Below, piece after piece: positions 47,837 through 56,900 of a DNA stretch of 64,000 nt (within the stretch, counting starts at the first letter, position 1; each line of letters begins with the position of its first letter). The DNA comes from Patescibacteria group bacterium (GTDB lineage Bacteria; Patescibacteriota; Patescibacteriia; JAHIZJ01): contig JAQTMH010000003.1 of NCBI GenBank assembly GCA_028714495.1, positions 72,496 through 136,495 on the forward strand, in the 5' to 3' direction. Under the pieces are notes generated by a model. The model did no database searches. It saw nothing but the letters and a program-made list of their open reading frames with translations, and was not told the DNA's origin. A program made the translations under genes and the position numbers.

Positions 47837-50185
47837 TTATTTCTCGAAAACCACGCCGAAATATATATCGTTCTTTAAGACATCCTCAAGAATAATTCCT
47901 TCAGCGTCACTCTTAAGTTTTGAGCTTTCCGGCCATTGCCAAGTAATCTGATAATCGTCGGGATAACGAATTCGCGAGTGAAAAACACTGTCAAAGCTGC
48001 CAGACTGTTTCTGGACTAAAAGACTGTAGGGCGCTGAATTGTTCATCACGTTATCAAGCCTGACGGTAAACGGCAGACGATAAACCAGTTTGACGGTCAC
48101 GCTTGAGCCTGGTTCCACTTGAACCCAATTTCCGAAAACCGTCTTGCCGAATTCATCATTTATCCGCGTGCCAGTTCGTTCGTCAATAATCACCTGTCCC
48201 TCGATTTTTGTCAGATCAGGATCATTCTCATAACCGTCGGCCGGCCATTGAAACAGCTTGGCGTCCGGCTGGGTAAATCCTTCAGCCTCGAGCAGGGTCG
48301 AGCCGCGCGGCACATAGAGTCTTAGAAAATCAATATTTTTTACGCCAGTCCAAGGATCATCCTTGAGGCCATTATGCACCCGGGTGATTTCAACCGAGGC
48401 GATTGTTTCTCCGCCCGGCTTAATTTCAATCTCATGACTCACGGTTTGATCAATAACCGCGTCAGTTTTACCCCCGCTGATATTGCTGTTGACCACCATC
48501 AGATAGTCGCCCGACGTCTGTTTCACTTCACCGGCCCAATCAAGCTCGTTTATTTTTTTCTGGGCCGCTTCGTCCCCGAGGTAAAAAAGCAGGTCGCGAT
48601 TCGACAAGGCGTCGCTGAAAGCTTCTAAAATGGTGAAAAATTGCTTTTGGTCGCCGGCAAAGACCTTTTGCAGCAAGACCGGCACTAAATCAGCGATAAA
48701 CTGCTTCGGCTGGTTGGTGGCGCGATCGTATTCATTTTCAACTTCGTTTAAAGTTACGTCAATGAAATTCTCGCTGGTGACGGTTACTCCGTATTTTTCC
48801 TGCATATCTATTGAACCGGTAATTTTCAAGAGGTCGATAATCACGTCTGGCGTCAAGCTGATGATACCGTCAACAGTCGGACCCCCGCTTTTTTCATAAA
48901 ACCACATTATCTTCTTGGCCGAGGCCGGAAAATCCGGGAACCAATTGGCGTCCTGGATATACCAGTGGGGATTGACCAAATGCAAAGGACCGGGTGAAAT
49001 CACGTGCTCCTTTAACTGGCCCTGGAGATCATAGGATCCGCCGCCCGGCACCTCGAGCTTAACCAATTGACCCTGGTCAATATCAACCAAGGCCAGGCTG
49101 CCGATAAAACCGCCGGTCGCGCGCAGCTCACGGTTATTTTGAAAAATCAATAGATAGCGTTTCGGCGCTTCGCCTCCCAGCAATGAATAGAAAACTTCGC
49201 TGAACGTCAGAAATTTATCAAAGTCCTGTTGCAGCAATGGTAAAGACTCCTGCACCCTTCTCATTTCAGATTGGTAATTCTCGGGAAGAGCTGAAACCTC
49301 GACTTCTTGTAAATGCTTGTTGGCCTCGCTAATGCGGTCACGGGCTGGCTGGAGCAAAGATCGGCTGTCTTTGAGTAGTTTGGTTAAATCATTTTTGGCT
49401 AATAAATTTTGCCCCGCGGCCACCTCCGGATTTATTAGCTCGATCACCCGAGTCACGTCTTGGCCGGCTAGAGCAATCGCCTGCCCCGCCTCCAAGAGAT
49501 GTTCGCCTGAAGCAAGAACTTTGCCCTTAAAAGGGATGTATTTCAATAAAGTGAACAATGTGCCGCCCATGCGGTTGAGCTCCTTTTCGGCCAAAAGAAA
49601 GGTATCAGAGGCGTCCGAAAAACGCTCCTGCGCCAGGTTATAATCGCTCTCAGTGGCCGCCTCGCCGGCCAAAACCAGTTGATCAAAGGCCTTAATTGAG
49701 ATATTGACAATCCGGCCGCGGAGCTCGACCAAATGCTGATAGCCCCAAAAGCCGAAGATGGGCAAAACTAAGGCTAGGCAGACAACAACGAAAATCGCGA
49801 GAGGCTTTAAGCGCGCCGGCTCAAGTCTCAACCGCGGTTTAGGAAATTCAAACTTTACAGACTTTTTAGCCTTGGCTGATCTTTGTTTGTCTGGCCCAAA
49901 AGCCGCCGGCTCGACCATCTCAATCTTGGCCAAAGGCTCGCTGGCTTTTTCGGGCCCAGGTTTTGAATTTAAATTCTTTGCCCAATCCTTGAGTCGGCCA
50001 ATGCCGGAACCGCTTTTCTTTTTCTGCAGTTCGGTCTTAAGCTTTTCAATTTCCTTCTGCAGCATCAGTTCGCGCAGGTTGATGACGTTGGTATCAGGAA
50101 CCCGGCCGCTCTGGATGGTTTGAGCGGATTGATTTAGCCAGATCTTTTTGGCTACTGGTTTCTTTTTTTTCTTCGGACTGTTCAT
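47837..50185 (-). CDS. DUF4012-domain membrane-anchored protein
   Basis: YLLIFQNNRELRATGGFIGS, DANWFPDFP, LRLYVPRG. Confidence 0.85.
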   Translation of the reverse strand: MNSPKKKKKPVAKKIWLNQSAQTIQSGRVPDTNVINLRELMLQKEIEKLKTELQKKKSGSGIGRLKDWAKNLNSKPGPEKASEPLAKIEMVEPAAFGPDKQRSAKAKKSVKFEFPKPRLRLEPARLKPLAIFVVVCLALVLPIFGFWGYQHLVELRGRIVNISIKAFDQLVLAGEAATESDYNLAQERFSDASDTFLLAEKELNRMGGTLFTLLKYIPFKGKVLASGEHLLEAGQAIALAGQDVTRVIELINPEVAAGQNLLAKNDLTKLLKDSRSLLQPARDRISEANKHLQEVEVSALPENYQSEMRRVQESLPLLQQDFDKFLTFSEVFYSLLGGEAPKRYLLIFQNNRELRATGGFIGSLALVDIDQGQLVKLEVPGGGSYDLQGQLKEHVISPGPLHLVNPHWYIQDANWFPDFPASAKKIMWFYEKSGGPTVDGIISLTPDVIIDLLKITGSIDMQEKYGVTVTSENFIDVTLNEVENEYDRATNQPKQFIADLVPVLLQKVFAGDQKQFFTILEAFSDALSNRDLLFYLGDEAAQKKINELDWAGEVKQTSGDYLMVVNSNISGGKTDAVIDQTVSHEIEIKPGGETIASVEITRVHNGLKDDPWTGVKNIDFLRLYVPRGSTLLEAEGFTQPDAKLFQWPADGYENDPDLTKIEGQVIIDERTGTRINDEFGKTVFGNWVQVEPGSSVTVKLVYRLPFTVRLDNVMNNSAPYSLLVQKQSGSFDSVFHSRIRYPDDYQITWQWPESSKLKSDAEGIILEDVLKNDIYFGVVFEK

Positions 50186-51303
50186 TTTTGCTGTTCGTAA
50201 AGCGCCAGGGTTTGTTCGGCCATTTTTGGCCAGCGATACGTCTTAACTTGCCGATAGCCCAGCTGGCGCAAATTATCTCTGGCTGGTGAGTCGTTTATCA
50301 AATCTGAAAGCACTTTTACTATAGCATGTTTGCTTTTTGGATCAAAGTAGGCGGCGCCTCTGCCTAACACCTCGGGCAGACAGGAAGCCGAGGACGCGAC
50401 CACCGGCAACCCATACTGCATCGCCTCAAGCGGCGGCAAGCCAAAGCCCTCGGCCAGCGAAGGAAAAACATAGAGCATCGCTTTTTGATATAATCCGGGC
50501 AAATCCTCGTCTGGAATATAGCCTGGGAACACCACTCGGCTGGCAAAACCCATTAATTCGCTTTTATTTTTCAGCCGGCCATAGAAATAATCCAAGCGTC
50601 CGACCAAAACCAGTTTCAATTCGGGAAATCTTTCCTTAAGCTCCGCGAAGGCTTCGAGCAAAAGCTCTAAATTTTTATGCGGGTAAGCATTGCCTACGTA
50701 TAAAATGTAGGGTTCATTGATTTTATATTTTGCCAAGACGTCTTGAGCCGGGGTTGGCGTGGCGCTAAAAGGCTCGGCGGCTTCATAAGTCACCGCCACC
50801 TTATCCGGGTTTAAGCGGAAATAGCTGACCAATTCCCTTTTGGTGTATTCCGAAACCGTGATCACTTTCCGGCTCCGTTTTACGGCCGAGGAGATCACCC
50901 ACTGATAGCCTAAACGTTTAAGAAGATATCTGGCTGGCCCGAGGGTGGTGGCTCGGGTTGTCGGAAAATGCGTAATGATTAAATCGTGAATCGTGACTAT
51001 AAAAGGCTGGTAATAAAATAGGGGTACGTTAAAATGGGGGAAATGCATGAGATCCAGCTTTTGGGCTTTGATTAGCCTAGGAAAGGACACTTGCTCTTTC
51101 AAAGAGTACCAGCGAAAAGGCGCTTTGATTTTTCGGAAGCGGGGGTTTTTAGGTTGGTAATAATCCCAATTCTCTTCACGCAAAAAAATCGTGTATTGAT
51201 TTAACGAGTCGATAATTTCCAGATTTTTTACGAGCTTTTCGGTGTAACGGCCGAGGCCCTTGCCCTCTGGACCGAAAAATCTCGCGTCAATTCCGATGTG
51301 CAT
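50182..51303 (-). CDS. Glycosyltransferase family 4
   Basis: VGNAYPHKN, EGFGLPPLEAM. Confidence 0.93.
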   Translation of the reverse strand: MHIGIDARFFGPEGKGLGRYTEKLVKNLEIIDSLNQYTIFLREENWDYYQPKNPRFRKIKAPFRWYSLKEQVSFPRLIKAQKLDLMHFPHFNVPLFYYQPFIVTIHDLIITHFPTTRATTLGPARYLLKRLGYQWVISSAVKRSRKVITVSEYTKRELVSYFRLNPDKVAVTYEAAEPFSATPTPAQDVLAKYKINEPYILYVGNAYPHKNLELLLEAFAELKERFPELKLVLVGRLDYFYGRLKNKSELMGFASRVVFPGYIPDEDLPGLYQKAMLYVFPSLAEGFGLPPLEAMQYGLPVVASSASCLPEVLGRGAAYFDPKSKHAIVKVLSDLINDSPARDNLRQLGYRQVKTYRWPKMAEQTLALYEQQK

Positions 51304-52441
51304 ATATATTGGCAGTAGTTTCTAATAAATTCAAAGTTCGCTCGGCTGTCTTGGCCCAGGAATATTTTTCAGCCAATTCTTGCCGGTGATTCATTAAACG
51401 CTGTTTTAGGCCGGGGCTGTTTAACACCTGACGCATGGCTTCAGTCAATTCCGCTACATTGTACGGCTGGATCATTATCCCGGCTTCGCCTACAACTTCT
51501 GGCAAAGAGGCTGAGGCGGAAATTATAACTGGAGTGCCGGCCATCAGACTCTCCAGCGGCGGAAAGCCAAAGCCCTCGTAAACCGACGGGTAGACAAAGA
51601 CTTGGGCCAGCTTCATTAAGCAGACTTTTTCCGACTCAGAAACATAGCCGATAAAACGAACATCTTCTCTGTTCTTCAGGCTCAATCTCAAACGCTCCAA
51701 TTGGGAATGTTGCCACGAAGATTGTCCCGCCAAAATCAACTGGAGCGGCCTAGGGTATTTTTCCTTGAATAAATCAAAAGCCTGGAGAGTCGCCATCAAA
51801 TTCTTTCTCGGCTCAAGAAAACTCAGTGAGAAAATAAACGACTGGTTAAGCCGATATTTTTCTCGAACCGAAGCAAGGTCTCGACCAGTAACTGAATTGA
51901 ATTTCCGAGCGTCCACTCCAGGATAAATCACCTTGATCTTATCCGCGGAGACTCGGTAAAGTTCGACCAAATCCCGCTTGGTGCTTTCGGAAACGGCAAT
52001 AATCCCGTCAGCGCGTTCGACCAGGCGTCTCGGAGAGATAAACCGGTGCCACAGCCGGCGTTTCCAAGAGAGAAACTTCGGGTATAATTCAAAGGATAGA
52101 TCGTGAATGGTCAGAACCAAGGGGCAGTCCGGCGACAGGCTCAAAAAATTGAGATTGGGCGCGAAAAAAACATCGCATCGTCCAATCAGTGAATCTAACG
52201 CCGGTCTTTTTAAAAAAACCAGGCTGGAGTTGAATAGCTTATTCGGCCAGCGGGTTGTTTTATAATTAACATTTGGATAATCAAAATCCACGCGCTCAGT
52301 CTGAGCCCAGGCATTTAGAAACAAAGTGTATTCATTTTTCTTATCTAACTCAAAGAGGCGTCTTAAAAGCTGCTCGGCGTATCTCGTGACGCCGCCGGGC
52401 TTAGGTTCGGCTAGTGAGCGAATGTCAATGCCTATTCGCAT
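51287..52441 (-). CDS. Glycosyltransferase family 4
   Basis: LEPRKN, YEGFGFPPLES. Confidence 0.93.
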   Translation of the reverse strand: MRIGIDIRSLAEPKPGGVTRYAEQLLRRLFELDKKNEYTLFLNAWAQTERVDFDYPNVNYKTTRWPNKLFNSSLVFLKRPALDSLIGRCDVFFAPNLNFLSLSPDCPLVLTIHDLSFELYPKFLSWKRRLWHRFISPRRLVERADGIIAVSESTKRDLVELYRVSADKIKVIYPGVDARKFNSVTGRDLASVREKYRLNQSFIFSLSFLEPRKNLMATLQAFDLFKEKYPRPLQLILAGQSSWQHSQLERLRLSLKNREDVRFIGYVSESEKVCLMKLAQVFVYPSVYEGFGFPPLESLMAGTPVIISASASLPEVVGEAGIMIQPYNVAELTEAMRQVLNSPGLKQRLMNHRQELAEKYSWAKTAERTLNLLETTANIYAHRN

Positions 52442-53058
52442 CAGACCGGATCGCTTTTAAAATATCGCACCAGGTAGATTAAACCAAGGCTTAAGAATAA
52501 ACCAAGCATCAGGCCAACAATCGTGTTCAAAACGACCGCCGGATTGGCCTCGACTATCACCGGCTGACTGCCAACCACCTCGAATAGGGCTTTTTGATCG
52601 GCTGTCCGATTAAGATCAGCGCCTCGTTTCTGAACCACCTCAATAATTGACTGGGAAATCTTTTCAGCCGTGGCGCGATCCCGCTCCCGGAATGTTAACA
52701 CAATGTTCTGGGAAGAATATTTCTTGGTTTTAAACCGGTTGGTAAAACGCTCGAGTGAGTCAATCTGTGGGTCAACCTTGGCCTGATCATAAATTTCCAA
52801 AAGGACCGACGGGGTGTAAAACCAGCTGACCACGGTCTGCGAAAAAAGGTCGCTGGCCTGAATCGCGTAGTAGCCGTCAAACTGGTATTCGGCTGTCTCC
52901 TGCTTGTTTACCCGGTTGACCGCGAAAGAGATAGAGGTTTTGTAATACGTCGGTGAATACTGGCTGAAGACGTAAGCGGCCGCCCCCACAATTAAAGTCA
53001 GCGCCAAGATAATAACTAGATTCTTTTTTAAAATGGCTTTATGCTCGGAAAATGTCAT
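52441..53058 (-). CDS. Wzz/CpsC-like polysaccharide chain-length protein
   Basis: Two terminal TMs around an extracellular domain, inside the GT cluster. Confidence 0.65.
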   Translation of the reverse strand: MTFSEHKAILKKNLVIILALTLIVGAAAYVFSQYSPTYYKTSISFAVNRVNKQETAEYQFDGYYAIQASDLFSQTVVSWFYTPSVLLEIYDQAKVDPQIDSLERFTNRFKTKKYSSQNIVLTFRERDRATAEKISQSIIEVVQKRGADLNRTADQKALFEVVGSQPVIVEANPAVVLNTIVGLMLGLFLSLGLIYLVRYFKSDPV

Positions 53059-53083
53059 GGGTTAGATATTTATGGATAAATTA

Positions 53084-54169
53084 TTATTTGATTCGCTGGC
53101 TAATGAAATCTTTTATTTTCTGTTTGAAACGGGGCAAGCTGAATTCTTCGGCGTGGCGCCGGATTGTTTCCGGGTCAAAAGTTTCAGGTTTGAAACGCAA
53201 AACGGTGTCGGCCAGAGCGGCCCAATTCTGATCCTGGAAGAGAACGCCGGTTTTACCATCTACCACCGTCTCCAGAGCGCCACCCTTGGCATAGGCAATT
53301 ACCGGCCGGCCTGAAGCCATCGCTTCAATCGCCGTAATGCCGAAATCCTCTTCCTGGGGGTAGAGGAAGGCTTTGGCGTGGCGCATGAGCTCAGCCTTTT
53401 GCTCTTCGGTGACCGAACCAAGAAATTCGATATTCGACTTAGCCATCTTTTTCAGCCTCTCCTCCTCGAGGCCGCTGCCAAAAACCTTTAGCGGCAGACC
53501 GAGCTGATTGAAGGCTTGAATGGCCAGATCGAATCTTTTGTAGGGCACTAAGCGTCCGCCGATTAAATAATAGTTGCCGACATCCTTGGCGATAGAAAAT
53601 TTTTCAATATCAACCGGCGGATGGATCACCGTGCTGGGTCGGCGGTAATATTTTTCAATGCGCTTTTGCACCGCGACTGAATTCGCGATAAATTCATCAA
53701 CTCTCTGAGCCGCCATTTGATCCCAGATTCTGATCCGGGGCAGGAAAAACGGAATCAGCCGCTTGATGAAACGGGGGTAATGAAGTTCTTTAATATAACT
53801 ATGGGTATCGCTCCAGAGATAGCGGGTCGGCGAGTGGCAATAACATATGTGCAAGGCATCCGGCTGGGTTATCACGCCCTTGGCAAAAGCCGAGGCCGAA
53901 GAAAGAACCACGTCGAATTCCGTCAAATCATACTTCTCGACCGCCGTGGGCATCCAGGGTAAAAACCACTGGTAGTGCCGGATGCCGAGGGGCAATTTTT
54001 GTAGAAATGAGGTTTTAATTTTTTTATCGCGAAAAACGGGGTTGGCATGATTGCGATCGTAAACCAAAACATAGATCGGAGCGTCTGGATAGATTTCCTG
54101 AAAGGCCTGTAAAACCCTTTCAGCGCCCCCGTCCTGTGCCAGATGTTCATGGATCAACGCGATTTTCAT
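53084..54169 (-). CDS. Glycosyltransferase family 4 (mannosyltransferase-like)
   Basis: GGAERV, CYCHSPTRY, EDFGITAIEAMASG. Confidence 0.93.
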   Translation of the reverse strand: MKIALIHEHLAQDGGAERVLQAFQEIYPDAPIYVLVYDRNHANPVFRDKKIKTSFLQKLPLGIRHYQWFLPWMPTAVEKYDLTEFDVVLSSASAFAKGVITQPDALHICYCHSPTRYLWSDTHSYIKELHYPRFIKRLIPFFLPRIRIWDQMAAQRVDEFIANSVAVQKRIEKYYRRPSTVIHPPVDIEKFSIAKDVGNYYLIGGRLVPYKRFDLAIQAFNQLGLPLKVFGSGLEEERLKKMAKSNIEFLGSVTEEQKAELMRHAKAFLYPQEEDFGITAIEAMASGRPVIAYAKGGALETVVDGKTGVLFQDQNWAALADTVLRFKPETFDPETIRRHAEEFSLPRFKQKIKDFISQRIK

Positions 54170-54173
54170 AAAT

Positions 54174-55562
54174 TTAACTTGCTGATTTGGTGCTTAAGAC
54201 CACCAGGGGCGTCCGTAAAATAATTTTAATATCCAAAAGCGGCGACCAATGCTCAATATAATATATATCCAAACGCGCCTCATCGTCAAAGCTTAAATCC
54301 GACCGGCCGGAGATTTGCGCGAATCCGGTAATGCCAGGTTTAATAGCCAGCAGTTTTCGGTAGTCGTGACGATAACGACTGACCTCTTCTGGCTCATGGG
54401 GTCGCGGCCCGACCAGGCTCATCTGACCCTTCAAAACGTTAATGAGCTGGGGCAACTCGTCAATGCTCGTCCGCCTAATAAACCTGCCGAAGCGGGTAAT
54501 CCGCGGGTCGTTTTTCATCTTAAAAAGCGGGCCGTCACGACGTTCATTGTACTTCATTAATTCCTTTTTCATGGCGTGGGCGTCTTTTACCATGGAACGG
54601 AATTTAAAAAGCCTAAAGGGTTTACTTCCCTCGCCTACCCGATCAAGCTCCACGAATACCTGCCCAGGTGAATCAAGCTTGATTAAAATGGCTATTACCA
54701 GAAAAAATGGGCTCAAGATTATTAAGGCAACCAGGGAAATAATCGTATCGGCGACCCGTTTCGAAATCCGGCCCCAGCCATCCAAGGCTGTGCGCTTGAT
54801 CTCGATCAGCGGGCGACCGGCCACGGTTTCAATCCGGATATTGGAAATCTTGGCGTCAAGCAGGTCAGCCGCGTATTTGAAACCGACGTGGGAATCATTG
54901 CAGACGTCTAAAAGTCTCATCCGTTCTTCTCGCCCAACTCCCGGATCAGCTAGTATCACTTCATCGACACTCTTGGTTCGAAACATCTCACGAAGTTGAT
55001 TTAACGACTGGTCATCAACTTGTTTTATCTTTTCGACAACAGAGTAGCCTAAATTCAAATTATATCGAAAAAGCTCGCTGATATGGTCGGCCGTCTCGCC
55101 GATTCCGATCAAAACCACGTTTCTCAAACCATAGCCTCGACGGAACAGCGAATGCTGGATATTTCTGACAACTAGCCGGCCAAGGCTTACAAAAACCATG
55201 GCCAAGACCCAGCCACCTAAGATAATAAACCGTGAGGAGAATAATTCGCGCTGAAAGAAAATCAATAATATAATCAGCAAGACGCCGGTGGAACAGCCCA
55301 AAATTATTTTCACAAACTCATCGAGAAATCGGCGCGTGCTCTGGATCGCGTAGAGCCCGCTAAAAATGAAAACTACCACCCAGACTACTCCGACAATTAA
55401 TAGAATCGAAAAATACTCCCGTAAAGGAAGCTCATAGACAACCGGCCTCAAAGTCGCGATTTCAGAAAAACGCAAACGGTAAGCTACCAAACCAGACACC
55501 AGAATCATCAGATAATCAACCGGCACTAAAATTGCGCTGAAAACTAATTCAGATCGCTTCAT
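54174..55562 (-). CDS. Polyprenyl glycosylphosphotransferase (WcaJ/WbaP-like initiating transferase)
   Basis: FKFRSM, DPRITRFG, DELPQL, SLVGPRP, PGITG. Confidence 0.93.
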   Translation of the reverse strand: MKRSELVFSAILVPVDYLMILVSGLVAYRLRFSEIATLRPVVYELPLREYFSILLIVGVVWVVVFIFSGLYAIQSTRRFLDEFVKIILGCSTGVLLIILLIFFQRELFSSRFIILGGWVLAMVFVSLGRLVVRNIQHSLFRRGYGLRNVVLIGIGETADHISELFRYNLNLGYSVVEKIKQVDDQSLNQLREMFRTKSVDEVILADPGVGREERMRLLDVCNDSHVGFKYAADLLDAKISNIRIETVAGRPLIEIKRTALDGWGRISKRVADTIISLVALIILSPFFLVIAILIKLDSPGQVFVELDRVGEGSKPFRLFKFRSMVKDAHAMKKELMKYNERRDGPLFKMKNDPRITRFGRFIRRTSIDELPQLINVLKGQMSLVGPRPHEPEEVSRYRHDYRKLLAIKPGITGFAQISGRSDLSFDDEARLDIYYIEHWSPLLDIKIILRTPLVVLSTKSAS

Positions 55563-55610
55563 TGCCAAAAATTAAAGCGTCTTAAGAAAACCTGTAAGCC
55601 GAATTCTGTC

Positions 55611-55722
55611 CCTGAACCACTCACTTCGCTTCGCGAAGCTCGGGTTCAGGGCTCTGCCCATTAAATATAGTGGGCAAGGCCCTGAATCCCGAGCGACGCA
55701 CCGCGGAGCGAGTGGTTCAGAG
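55611..55722. repeat. 112-bp palindromic element, copy in the rnpB P19 position
   Basis: CCTGAACCACTCACTTCGC...GCGAGTGGTTCAGAG; direct repeat of 56215-56326. Confidence 0.9.
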
Positions 55723-56214
55723 GATGACCATCTATCTAGTCCTGACGTTGCCGTCAGGCTCAAGCAACCTACCCGCCCCGTACCGATCCTAATGGGTCTG
55801 GTACAGGGCCTATTCGGTCTTGCACCTGGCAGGGTTTTTCACGCCAGGCCATTGCTGGCTCAGCCTGTGGGCTTTTACTTTTGCCCAACACCCTTTCGGA
55901 TATTGAGTTTATTCCACACAAAGGTGGACCCACTCTTTTCACCCTTGCTTTTTGCCTGTTAAGTCATTAACAGGCCAATTAGCGGTTTTGTCTCTGTGAC
56001 ACTGTCCCTGGGCTTCTGAGAATCCAAAAAGTCTATAGCACTTTTTAAATCCTCCTTACTCCCGCCTTCATTTCGAAGGTGCCATTGTCCCGCCCACCTT
56101 TCCAGCCATGGTCAACGATAGACATTGGTCAAAGGCGAAGCCGCCTAGCGGCTAACGCATCAGTGAATAACAGCCATTGATAGAAAGGTGGGCGGGGGTG
56201 TTCGGACTTTCCTC

Positions 56215-56326
56215 CCTGAACCACTCACTTCGCTTCGCGAAGCTCGGGTTCAGGGCTCTACCCATATAAAGTTATGAGCAAAGCTCTGAATCCCGAACGA
56301 CGCACCGCGGAGCGAGTGGTTCAGAG
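56215..56326. repeat. 112-bp palindromic element, copy in the rnpB P3 position
   Basis: Same arms as 55611-55722 with a divergent centre. Confidence 0.9.
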
Positions 56327-56486
56327 CGGCCATCCGGTCTTCTTAAGACGCCTAAACCATAACGTAAAATCAATATTTTGTCAACCTCAATAAAATGGGG
56401 CGGAGTAAACCCCTTATTTTTTGCGTAGGTGATTTTTCTACCGCTACCCCTTACGCCTGGCCGATAGATTTAGGTGAGGAAAATAT

Positions 56487-56900
56487 CTATTTAAGTTTTT
56501 TATCCAGCGCCTCGTTGACTAATCGGTCAGCCACTTTGTTCTGCTCACGGGAAATGTGTTTAAATTCCACCTTCTTAAACTGCTGGACCAGATTCCAAAC
56601 TTTTACAAAATACGGCCCCAGCTGGTGGTTTTTGACTTTGTATTTCAAAGTCAGTTGTTTGACCACCAGTTCGCTGTCCAAATAGCAGATCGCGGTCTGG
56701 GCGCCCAATTCCCTTGCCTTGGCCAGGCCCAAACCAACTGCCCGATATTCAGCTTGGTTATTGGTCAGCTCGCCCAAATATTCGGAAATCGTCTCAATTG
56801 CCTTTTTATCTTCGCTGGCGTATATCACAACGCCCGCGGCGGCTGGACCGGGATTGCCCCGGGCTCCGCCGTCTGAATAGATTATCACGCTTTTATCCAT
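56487..56900 (-). CDS. rnhA: Ribonuclease HI
   Basis: SDGGARGNPG, TNNQAEY, DSELV, N..AD. Confidence 0.93.
   Translation of the reverse strand: MDKSVIIYSDGGARGNPGPAAAGVVIYASEDKKAIETISEYLGELTNNQAEYRAVGLGLAKARELGAQTAICYLDSELVVKQLTLKYKVKNHQLGPYFVKVWNLVQQFKKVEFKHISREQNKVADRLVNEALDKKLK

Larger units (their letters stand above)
55577..56351 (-). ncRNA. rnpB: RNase P RNA, greatly enlarged (~775 nt)
   Basis: P1 GCGTCTTAAGAAGACC/GGTTTTCTTAAGACGC; GAGGAAAGTCC; AGTGTCACAGA; GGGTGAAA; GCAAG; CTAGATAGATG; ACAGAATTCGGCTTA. Confidence 0.93.

Noticed and set aside
55572-55763. 63-aa ORF
   Set aside because: It lies inside the RNase P RNA and its palindromic insert.
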